Source: an uncultured archaeon | GTDB taxonomy: Archaea > Asgardarchaeota > Lokiarchaeia > Sigyniarchaeales > SOKP01 | Reading direction: 5' to 3' | Length of the DNA stretch: 10,451 nt | NCBI GenBank assembly: GCA_964388035.1 | Contig: CAYLZE010000144.1 | Span: 1 to 10,451, forward strand | In this document: positions 1 to 6,944 of the stretch, in pieces | How positions within the stretch are numbered: the first letter of the stretch is position 1 | Layout of the letters: every line of letters starts with the position of its first letter | Notes under the pieces: generated by a model | What the model was told of the DNA's origin: nothing | The model's database searches: none | The model's input: only the letters and a program-made list of their open reading frames with translations | Translations under genes and position numbers: made by a program

Positions 1-59
1 AAAAATCTAGCGAAAAATTTGAATTAAAAAAAATAGGCAAAAATTAAGAAAAAAATACC

Positions 60-392
60 ATGTTAGGCATTCTAAAAAGAAAATTCTATTCTTTTCTTTT
101 AAAGAAGATTGATAAGGAAATCTCAAGCTATGAATTATATGATAGTAATGATACTTTTGGGATAATAAGAACCACCATTCCTCATGATGTCTTAATTGAA
201 AGAATAGACAAGTTAAGAGAAGAAATAGAAGATTATTGCGTGAATGACATAGAAGATTACTTTTCTTTTTTTTCTCTTTTTTATAGACTTTTTTTTCTTT
301 TTATTTTCAGGATTAATTTTTTTCTCAAATTTTTTCATGATATTTCTTTGCCATTTTCTTTCCTTGATCATTTTTTTTACTTTTTATTTTAA
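60..392 (+). CDS. Hypothetical protein; about 68 protein-like residues followed by a Phe-rich read-through tail (possibly a truncated gene)
   Basis: ATG at 60 after an A-rich leader. Residues 1-68 have a normal charged, helical composition (FGIIRTTIPHDVLIERIDKLREEIEDY). From about 260 the frame runs through poly-T low-complexity DNA (FSFFSLFYRLFFLF...). No family recognised. Confidence 0.4.
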   Translation: MLGILKRKFYSFLLKKIDKEISSYELYDSNDTFGIIRTTIPHDVLIERIDKLREEIEDYCVNDIEDYFSFFSLFYRLFFLFIFRINFFLKFFHDISLPFSFLDHFFYFLF

Positions 393-438
393 GAATTTTA
401 TTTTCTGTTTTTCGCTTATTTAAAGCAGGACATGAGGC

Positions 439-738
439 ATATTTCATGATAAAAAGAATGTTGACGAAAATATCAATAACAAAAGGAACAAGATCTGCTT
501 TTCTTGTAAAAAAACCACCCCCAAGGGAACCGCCCGCCAATTCCAGATCTTTGACTTCTCGACTCGACAGCTCAAATGCACGATTCATTCCTGCAATACC
601 GAATTTTGCAACACCCTCATTGAATCCATGTTCCCGCTTTGCCACCAATGCGGGAAGCGATTTTTCCGACGGTACACGCTTCCCGACTCGAGCGATCCCG
701 CCGAACAAGACCGAACATGTCCAAAATGTTCCTTATAG
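439..738 (+). CDS. Small double zinc-finger protein (C-x2-C...C-x4-C and C-x2-C...C-x2-C); start codon uncertain; not in the ORF track
   Basis: Frame open from 436 (after TGA 433-435) to TAG 736-738, reading IFHDKKNVDENINNKRNKICFSCKKTTPKGTARQFQIFDFSTRQLKCTIHSCNTEFCNTLIESMFPLCHQCGKRFFRRYTLPDSSDPAEQDRTCPKCSL. Nine Cys include CFSC, CHQCGK and CPKC. 47 of 81 codons from 493-735 end in G/C. The only in-frame ATG is at 628. Confidence 0.65.
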   Translation: MFHDKKNVDENINNKRNKICFSCKKTTPKGTARQFQIFDFSTRQLKCTIHSCNTEFCNTLIESMFPLCHQCGKRFFRRYTLPDSSDPAEQDRTCPKCSL

Positions 739-772
739 CCCTAAATTATCAAGACGACAGTTGATTAAAAAA

Positions 773-2077
773 CTAATCTAGCAATCGAACTACAATTTCA
801 TAAAATTTTTTTGTAATTTTTTTAAAATTTTCTACTATTGTACGATATTTTTTTTCACTTTCTATTAATTCTAATTGCATTTTTTTTCTATCAAGAGCAA
901 TTTTTCGATTAATTAGAATTTGTTTCAATCTATTAGAGATATCGTACAATAAATAATTTTCTTCATCAGAAAAATTGGTACTATTTAAATATGTCGCTTC
1001 CAGAAGCAGGGAAACGCCTTCTACATCTATCAGGGAGGATATTATTTTCGGACTTGTTTTAAAATTATTTGTTATATATTCCTTATCCATGAAGGATATT
1101 TTTATCTCTGCTTTTTCGGGATATTGAAACGCCCCTTGGATAAGCTTTAATGCTACTTCAAAAAGTTCATCTAAAGAAAGATAAGTATTTTCTGCTAATT
1201 TAGAAATTCCAAAAAGCGCATTTAGTTTCTTATTTTCATTAAAAAGCTCTTTCTCCTTCATTTTCAATCGTTCTTCTGATTCCTTTCTCTCTGATATATC
1301 CCTAAAAATGACTTGTATTAGCCTTTGATTTCCGATTCTTATTTCAGAGGGATTATATTCAATGGGAATAGCTTTTTCTTTTGAATTTTTAACATATGTT
1401 TCTAAAAGCGGAGAAGATTCCATTTTAACCATATTAATTATAGTATTTTTTATTTCCTCGTAATCATGGGCAAAATGAAGAATAGAAGCCTTTTGCCCCT
1501 TTGCTTTAGATCTATTCATCCCTAAAATTCTCTCAGCTTGATTATTCATATCTAAAATCTCCTCTGTTTTATAATCCACGATTATAATCGCATCACGAGC
1601 TTTTTCGAATAAAGTTTTATATCGTAATTCTGCTTCTTTTAGGGCTTTTATTGCAGATTTGAATGAATTATAAAAGGTATAAAAAATATTTTCTATTTCA
1701 TTTAATTTCTCCCCATCAAATTCATATTTCGAGGAATTATTATAAAAAGCTTTATATCCATCCTCCAAGCCTTTCAACTGCTTGGCAAAACCTTGCAGTA
1801 GTTCTTGGGATAAATTGAGATTTATTTCATTACCAATATCTGTTATAATTGATATTAAAAGTATTTCTTTTTTTCCTCTCGCATATTCACTAGGAAGCGT
1901 AAATAATAAATTTGCACTTTTAACTTTTTCAGTTATGTGAATAAAGAATCCTTTTTCATTTAAATCCATTAAAGAAGGAATGATTTCGAGTTCAGCATCT
2001 TTGATTGCTTTTGGTGCTTTTAAAAATACTCTTGGACCCAAGACGTTATCAAAATAGCTTAATACTAACACTTTCAT
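773..2077 (-). CDS. Longin/uDENN-like N-terminal domain + PAS + GAF-like sensor protein, no output domain
   Basis: 434 aa. N-terminal LVLSYFDNVLGP motif. PAS lead-in ELRYKTLFEKARDAIIIVD and PAC end IFRDISERK. GAF-like segment LNALFGISKL...FQYPE...FSDEENYLL. No HisKA H-box, HATPase or GGDEF motif. Confidence 0.85.
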   Translation of the reverse strand: MKVLVLSYFDNVLGPRVFLKAPKAIKDAELEIIPSLMDLNEKGFFIHITEKVKSANLLFTLPSEYARGKKEILLISIITDIGNEINLNLSQELLQGFAKQLKGLEDGYKAFYNNSSKYEFDGEKLNEIENIFYTFYNSFKSAIKALKEAELRYKTLFEKARDAIIIVDYKTEEILDMNNQAERILGMNRSKAKGQKASILHFAHDYEEIKNTIINMVKMESSPLLETYVKNSKEKAIPIEYNPSEIRIGNQRLIQVIFRDISERKESEERLKMKEKELFNENKKLNALFGISKLAENTYLSLDELFEVALKLIQGAFQYPEKAEIKISFMDKEYITNNFKTSPKIISSLIDVEGVSLLLEATYLNSTNFSDEENYLLYDISNRLKQILINRKIALDRKKMQLELIESEKKYRTIVENFKKITKKFYEIVVRLLD

Positions 2078-2120
2078 GAAAGATGCCTACTTATTAATCA
2101 ATTTTTGGATAATCCAGAAT

Positions 2121-2150
2121 ATTTATAAAAGTGAAATATCCTTTATAAAG
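2121..2150 (-). promoter_or_regulatory. Candidate TATA box(es) for the PAS gene
   Basis: TTTTATAAAT on the minus strand at 2121-2130 and the palindrome CTTTATAAAG at 2141-2150, upstream of ATG 2077. Confidence 0.35.
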
Positions 2151-2733
2151 AAATATTTTCACTCGAGCTTTATTTCTTTAAGAAAGAAAGAATATATAAA
2201 TTTAATTCAACAATAAAGAAGTTATAAAAGATTCTTTTTTGGGTCGAATTTAGTTGCTCTAAAAAAGTCTCATCTTCAATTGATCATAAGTTTCGAGCGT
2301 ATAGTTGCGCCTTTTCGTGGATATAAATGATTGGTAATAGAAATAAAATAATTTAATAACTAAACTAAATCTTAAAATAAAAACTAAAATTTAAACGTGC
2401 TTTCTCTATTCTGGACCCCATTTAGGGATTTATAGATTTCGCTCAAAAACTCTTTGAAGGATATAATGATAATCATATTTAGAACTCATGTCTTTAGTTA
2501 ATTTTATTCTTGAATGAATTAAAATTGATCTAATGGAGAGTTAAAAGAGCTATATACCTCTATTAACCGCCTTTTTCAATTTGCACTTTATCAAAATAGC
2601 CCATTCTTTAACTATATATAGTGAGAATATGATTTTTTAAAGTATCATAAATCTAATTCAAGAACCTAAGTTTTATATATAATTAAGATGAAATATCAAT
2701 TAATTTAACTAATAAATAAAAAGGGATTTTACT

Positions 2734-3807
2734 ATTCCAACATTTGGTCATATTTTTTATGCACTATGCTTGCTCATTCCTATAATATACTTTTTTAGGG
2801 AGAAGTTTAATTATAAACTGGCTTTTATTTTCTTTGCAAATAACATATACGGACCAGACATCGTATTTCTCTTTTCATTTATAGATCAGCCATTTCATAG
2901 CATGCTTGGCTTTTTAATAATTGCAGTTCCTCTTTCTATGGTATATTCATATTGTACAAGATTCTCAATGGTAAGAACCGAAAAGGGATTTCCTTTAAAA
3001 TTAGAAGATAGTGGAATCCGTGAGGTAAATTGGAAGAATGCTTTTTGTGCTACAGCAGCAGGAGGATTTTCTCATTTTTTCATTGATCAATTCTATCATT
3101 GGGAAAAAGAAATGATGTTATGGCCTAGTTTAGCATTCACGCAAGATGAAATGTTAGCTTGGAGCGGAAATCTCTATCACGTCATGGACCCCTTAATGGT
3201 TATTGGGGAAGCAATAGTTGTAGTTGTAATTTTATTATCATTCTATTATTTTAGAAAAGGATACAAGGAAACTATTGAAGTCTTTTTAATCGCAACTGCT
3301 TTATCTCTAATCTTCATGATATTTGTTTCTACTGCTATATATGGGGGAGAACGGGAATATGCAGTCATAGTCGGGAGTACTTTCTACACCTTGATTCCGC
3401 TGGGATTACTCTTCTATGCAGCAAGAGATATCCTCGATCATCCAAGAACAATTCCCGATAAACCAACAATTCAAAGAAAAAAGCTATTAAATATTGTTGC
3501 AACAATTTCTCTCTTGTTAGGATTATTCATGACACTATATGCTTTACTCGCTATATTCATGTCAGAGACCATTGTAGATTTAATCGGTGGACTAGCCGTT
3601 GCTACGCCCCAACAAATTCAAGGATTGGGTTATTATTATGGTATTATTGCAATAATACAACTCGTTGGTTCAATTGGACTATACTTTAAAATAAAAATAT
3701 GTCGCTATCTCGTCATAGCTTCTTCACTATACTTCTTGATCTTCGGATTTCCAATTGCTATAGCATTCTTTCTCTGTGAAAAAGATGTAAAAGAATTATT
3801 TGGATAA
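2734..3807 (+). CDS. Polytopic membrane protein, YdjM-like membrane-bound metal-dependent hydrolase; start probably ATT 2734 rather than TTG 2770
   Basis: Many hydrophobic helices. Motifs in YdjM-like order: N-terminal (M)PTFGH (present only if extended to 2734), GPD, FHS, SHFFID. AAGGGA at 2721-2726 precedes the ATT; upstream in-frame stop at 2713-2715. Confidence 0.8.
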   Translation: MPTFGHIFYALCLLIPIIYFFREKFNYKLAFIFFANNIYGPDIVFLFSFIDQPFHSMLGFLIIAVPLSMVYSYCTRFSMVRTEKGFPLKLEDSGIREVNWKNAFCATAAGGFSHFFIDQFYHWEKEMMLWPSLAFTQDEMLAWSGNLYHVMDPLMVIGEAIVVVVILLSFYYFRKGYKETIEVFLIATALSLIFMIFVSTAIYGGEREYAVIVGSTFYTLIPLGLLFYAARDILDHPRTIPDKPTIQRKKLLNIVATISLLLGLFMTLYALLAIFMSETIVDLIGGLAVATPQQIQGLGYYYGIIAIIQLVGSIGLYFKIKICRYLVIASSLYFLIFGFPIAIAFFLCEKDVKELFG

Positions 3808-3871
3808 AAATAAGAAAATAAAAAACTAAAACTAATTTTTTTTTAACTTTTATTTAAATTTAGCAATTTAA
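3808..3871. terminator. Convergent A/T-tract terminator region
   Basis: 64-bp gap between convergent genes, with an A-rich half (U-rich on the minus strand) and a T9 tract at 3836-3844, typical of archaeal U-rich termination. Confidence 0.4.
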
Positions 3872-5281
3872 TTATAGCTGTAATTCCGGGTGTTTTTTCA
3901 ATTCTTCTCTCATTTTTGCTAAATTTTCGCCATGCAATTTATAGAATTTAAAAGATATAATTGCTATCAAACATCCAATGGAGGGAAATAACATAATTAT
4001 TAGTTTCAAAGCAATAGTCACATCAATTCCAGCAGTTGGTGTATATCCTCCCGCCCAAGATGTTCCTTGAAATACTAGTGCAATAGTCGAAATGGTAAGA
4101 ATGGTCGAAACTCTGGTAATTAAAGCATTAATGCCATAATAACTCGCAGATCGTTTTACTCCAAACTTTATTGCATCTTCATCTATAACATCTCCGTGCA
4201 AGATATCTACGTAAAACAAACATCCAGAGAGAGCGAATCCTTGAATAGCAGTAAAGATAACTCCAAGTACGAGATCTCCTCCATTAAGAAATAGATACGG
4301 AACTAAAAGCACGATCCATAATGCAAGAGTGAGCATTACAGCATTCCGAGTTCCATACTTCTTGGCTAATCTTTTATGAAGAGGGAGAACTAAGGCTGCG
4401 GTAACTAAAGCAAGAACTAAAGCTAAAGTTATAACAAATGACCCTTGTCCAATTTCTAAGACATAAACGAAATAAAGCGGGAAGATGGTAATTAGCGTGT
4501 TGAAAACATACCAGATAAAAGTGTTTGCAATAACAAATTTTTGGAATGTTTTATTTGATAAGGTAATTTTTAACGATTCAAAAAATTTTGGTCTCTTTTC
4601 AAAACACTCATTCCTGTCGCTTTCTTTTCGGATTCCTTTTAAGAGAAACGGAATCCCAAAGGCAAAAGTGATAAGTGCTAATAAAATACCTGCTAAAAGG
4701 TAATTAGATTTAATGGTTGCTAATTCTTCTGCTGTACCGGTAATTGGAACTAAAGGAGTAAGAATAATTGTTGGAAGACTGGCAAAAATAATTCCGACCA
4801 CAGTTAACCCCTTAATGAAGAGGTTAGTTTCCGCTCTCTGAGTTTCAGTGACAAACTGCTCGGGAAAAAGGGCATTTACATTCACATCAAACATTGTATA
4901 GAAGAATTCGAAGAGAATTATAATGAAAAGAAAATATCCAAATTCTAATCCTTCCATGGACGAGGAAAATGGGATATAAAAAAGAAAAATCATAGTAAGG
5001 CATAGGGGTATAATCGCAATAAGCATGTATAATCTGCGTTTTCCCCAATTTTCCCGACATCTAGTCCGATCCGATAATGCGCCTAATATAGGGTCATTTG
5101 CCATATTCCAGATACCCCAGATTACAAAACCAGCCCACATCATAAGAGTGGGAATCTTTACCACTGCAAAGTAGAATGTAAACACGTATAGCTGGAATCC
5201 TTGATATGTTAGTTGATCCGGAATGCTACTTATCCCGAAAAGAAGCTTTTCTTTTAATGCTAATTTTCTTGGTGCTGTCAT
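3872..5281 (-). CDS. MFS transporter, glycoside-pentoside-hexuronide (GPH / MFS_2, MelB-like) family
   Basis: 469 aa, about 12 TM segments. Family motifs KEKLLFG, WNMANDPILGALSDRT..WGKRR and DVIDED...R.A.YYG. Confidence 0.92.
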   Translation of the reverse strand: MTAPRKLALKEKLLFGISSIPDQLTYQGFQLYVFTFYFAVVKIPTLMMWAGFVIWGIWNMANDPILGALSDRTRCRENWGKRRLYMLIAIIPLCLTMIFLFYIPFSSSMEGLEFGYFLFIIILFEFFYTMFDVNVNALFPEQFVTETQRAETNLFIKGLTVVGIIFASLPTIILTPLVPITGTAEELATIKSNYLLAGILLALITFAFGIPFLLKGIRKESDRNECFEKRPKFFESLKITLSNKTFQKFVIANTFIWYVFNTLITIFPLYFVYVLEIGQGSFVITLALVLALVTAALVLPLHKRLAKKYGTRNAVMLTLALWIVLLVPYLFLNGGDLVLGVIFTAIQGFALSGCLFYVDILHGDVIDEDAIKFGVKRSASYYGINALITRVSTILTISTIALVFQGTSWAGGYTPTAGIDVTIALKLIIMLFPSIGCLIAIISFKFYKLHGENLAKMREELKKHPELQL

Positions 5282-5467
5282 TTTCGAAAATTCTCTCTAT
5301 TTTATAAGTGATTAAGTAGAATTGGGTTTATTAGTATTTAAAGCATTTGATTTACTCAGAAAAAATCCAATATAAAAAAACAAAAAAACATTTTAAGGAG
5401 CCGACTTCTTTTTAAATAGATATTTAGAATTTCTTTAAGTGCTATTTAATTTAATATTAACTCCTCA

Positions 5468-5504
5468 TTATAATTTATATATATTGATAATTTGAATGAG
5501 AGGA
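5468..5504 (+). promoter_or_regulatory. TATA box and ribosome-binding site of the PK_C-domain gene
   Basis: TTATAA 5468-5473, TTTATATATA 5474-5483, and GAGAGGA 5498-5504 six nt before ATG 5511. Confidence 0.5.
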
Positions 5505-5510
5505 TCATAA

Positions 5511-6095
5511 ATGCCAGATTTGATAATTGAAGTGACTTATTTTGAAAAAGCTGGACCTAATAATACGGAAAAAGCTTTGGAAATTGCAAAGAAAAATGCG
5601 GAGAAGTTTAGCATCAAGGATATTGTCGTTGCAAGCACCACGGGAACCGTTGCTGAGAAAGCCGTGAAGCTATTCAATCCTGAAGTTTATAATTTGATTA
5701 TTGTTATGCATAGCTATTACTTTGTTAATGAAAAGGTTCGGCAGGAATGCGACGAAGCAAAAGTAGAAGCGGTAAAACAAGCAGGAGCTAAAGTATTGAT
5801 TGCAACCCATGCCATGAGTGGTATTGAAAGAAACGTGCGGACTTCTTTGAGGCAATGGTGTTTTGTCGATTTAATGGCAAAATATATTAGAGAACAGTTC
5901 AGTCAAGGCACAAAAGTATGTATTGAAATTGCTAGCATGGTCAGCGATGCGGGATTGATTCCGGATTTAGATCGGGATATAATTTGTATTGGAGGTACTG
6001 GGCGTGGTGCGGATACAGTATGCCTCATTAAGCCCGCACCGACAAGTGCTTTCGACAAGCTGAGAATGAAAGCCATCTTGGCTAAACCATTATAA
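5511..6095 (+). CDS. Stand-alone pyruvate kinase C-terminal (alpha/beta) domain protein, MTH1675/COG1751-like
   Basis: 194 aa with family motifs YFEKAGPNNT, IVVASTTG, THAMSGIER, FSQGTKVCIEI...DAGLIP, IGGTGRGADT and a C-terminal ILAKP. Confidence 0.92.
   Translation: MPDLIIEVTYFEKAGPNNTEKALEIAKKNAEKFSIKDIVVASTTGTVAEKAVKLFNPEVYNLIIVMHSYYFVNEKVRQECDEAKVEAVKQAGAKVLIATHAMSGIERNVRTSLRQWCFVDLMAKYIREQFSQGTKVCIEIASMVSDAGLIPDLDRDIICIGGTGRGADTVCLIKPAPTSAFDKLRMKAILAKPL
6051..6095 (+). repeat. Left copy of a diverged 45-bp direct repeat (3' end of the PK_C gene)
   Basis: ttcgacaagctgagaatgaaagccatcttggctaaaccattataa; 37/45 identical to 6900-6944. Confidence 0.9.
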
Positions 6096-6111
6096 TTTTC
6101 CATTTTTTTTT
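6096..6111 (+). terminator. U-rich terminator of the PK_C gene
   Basis: TTTTCCATTTTTTTTT immediately after the stop codon. Confidence 0.45.
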
Positions 6112-6196
6112 AACAAAGAGAAACTTTATTTTTAGATAGAAAATATTTCAATGTTCTTCATGAATTCATTTTATAAATAATATTTATTTTTCCTAT

Positions 6197-6239
6197 TTTC
6201 TTACTATTAAGTATGAATGTCGGAAAAGTTAGTAAGAAA
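6197..6239. promoter_or_regulatory. Perfect 10-bp inverted repeat spanning the antitoxin start codon (candidate operator)
   Basis: TTTCTTACTA (6197-6206) and TAGTAAGAAA (6230-6239) with a 23-nt spacer containing ATG 6213. TATA-like TTTATAAA near 6170-6177. Confidence 0.45.
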
Positions 6240-6434
6240 GGTCAAATTGTTATTCCTAAGGATATTCGTGATAAATTTGGTATAATGCCGGGGGATGCTT
6301 TAATATTTAAAACCAAGGGAGATAAAATAATCATTGAGAAGATCACAGAAAAAATGTCAGAAATTTTAAAAAATAGTGAACCAGTAGAAAATAGTTTAAA
6401 ATTTCAACAAAAGCTTAGAGATGAATGGGATTGA
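6213..6434 (+). CDS. vapB: AbrB/MazE/SpoVT-family antitoxin (VapB-type)
   Basis: 73 aa with the swapped-hairpin signature KVSKKGQIVIPKDIRDKFGIMPGD and a C-terminal LRDEWD. Overlaps the downstream PIN gene. Confidence 0.93.
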   Translation: MNVGKVSKKGQIVIPKDIRDKFGIMPGDALIFKTKGDKIIIEKITEKMSEILKNSEPVENSLKFQQKLRDEWD

Positions 6435-6865
6435 GAGTTAATTTAGATACAAATGTTTTTCTCGCAATTAAAAATAAAGAACCTTTATATGAATATTGCG
6501 AAAGAATTCTAAATGAAATTGAAAATAAAGAAATTGAAGGTATCATATCTACAATTGTTCTTGCCGAAGTTTTAGTGGGATTTTTTCAAAAAAATGAAGA
6601 AAATGAAGCAACGAGGTTTTCAAGTAGTGCTTTATTAAATCTTAACATTATTCCCGTAGATCAAGAAATAGCAACAAAAGCAGCTTATATAAGAGCTCAT
6701 CATGGTATCAAACTCCCAGATGCTCTAATTATAGCAACAACGCTTTTAACAGAGGCAAATTTTTTCATTACTCATGATAAAATAATACATGAAAAGATTA
6801 ACATGAAAATAATTACGCCTAAAGAATTTGTGGATGAATATTTACGAGATCAAGGTGGAGCGTAG
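6425..6865 (+). CDS. vapC: PIN-domain ribonuclease toxin (VapC)
   Basis: 146 aa with the acidic PIN tetrad in LDTN, LAEV, LPDAL and THD. Translationally coupled to the antitoxin (ATG 6425, or TTG 6431 overlapping TGA 6432-6434). Confidence 0.93.
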   Translation: MGLRVNLDTNVFLAIKNKEPLYEYCERILNEIENKEIEGIISTIVLAEVLVGFFQKNEENEATRFSSSALLNLNIIPVDQEIATKAAYIRAHHGIKLPDALIIATTLLTEANFFITHDKIIHEKINMKIITPKEFVDEYLRDQGGA

Positions 6866-6896
6866 GAACGAGGAGATTACTTATAAAATTGTTCAT

Positions 6897-6944
6897 TCTT
6901 TCGATAAGTTGAGAATGAAGGCTATTTTGACAAAACCGTTATAA
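6897..6944 (+). pseudogene. Orphan second copy of the PK_C gene 3' end (SFDKLRMKAILTKPL*)
   Basis: 6900-6944 encodes FDKLRMKAILTKPL*, 13/14 residues identical to the PK_C C-terminus, with no intact upstream reading frame. Confidence 0.85.

Noticed and set aside
9-416. 9-bp inverted repeat AGCGAAAAA (9-17) / TTTTTCGCT (408-416) as MITE or IS ends
   Set aside because: Short, mostly A/T in low-complexity tracts, with no target-site duplication or transposase seen.
433-435. TGA upstream of the zinc-finger frame as a selenocysteine codon
   Set aside because: An in-frame TAA lies four codons upstream (421-423) with no start codon between.
325-708. 127-aa minus-strand ORF from the track
   Set aside because: Antisense to the Cys-patterned frame. 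Its C-terminus is Lys-rich read-through of the T-rich tract and it has no recognisable motif.
490-740. GC-rich island as tRNA, SRP RNA, RNase P RNA or DGR template repeat
   Set aside because: No cloverleaf or T-loop, no SRP helix 8 or RNase P GAGGAAAGUCC signature on either strand, no adenine-variant partner repeat and no reverse transcriptase in the window.
446-781. 111-aa plus-strand ORF from the track
   Set aside because: Pro/Ser/Arg-rich composition typical of an off-frame reading of GC-rich DNA; the overlapping frame carries ordered CxxC motifs. Its ATG may still be the true start if there is a frameshift.
2563-2604. 13-codon minus-strand ORF MGYFDKVQIEKGG
   Set aside because: Too short to support; no SD or recognisable homology.
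4485-4703. 72-aa plus-strand ORF
   Set aside because: Lies wholly antisense within the well-supported MFS transporter.
5670-6103. Minus-strand ORFs 5670..5855 and 5903..6103
   Set aside because: Antisense shadows of the PK_C-domain gene.
6051-6944. Calling the TA cassette an IS element or integrated virus
   Set aside because: No recombinase, transposase or terminal inverted repeats, and the flanking repeats are only 82% identical; reported as a finding instead.
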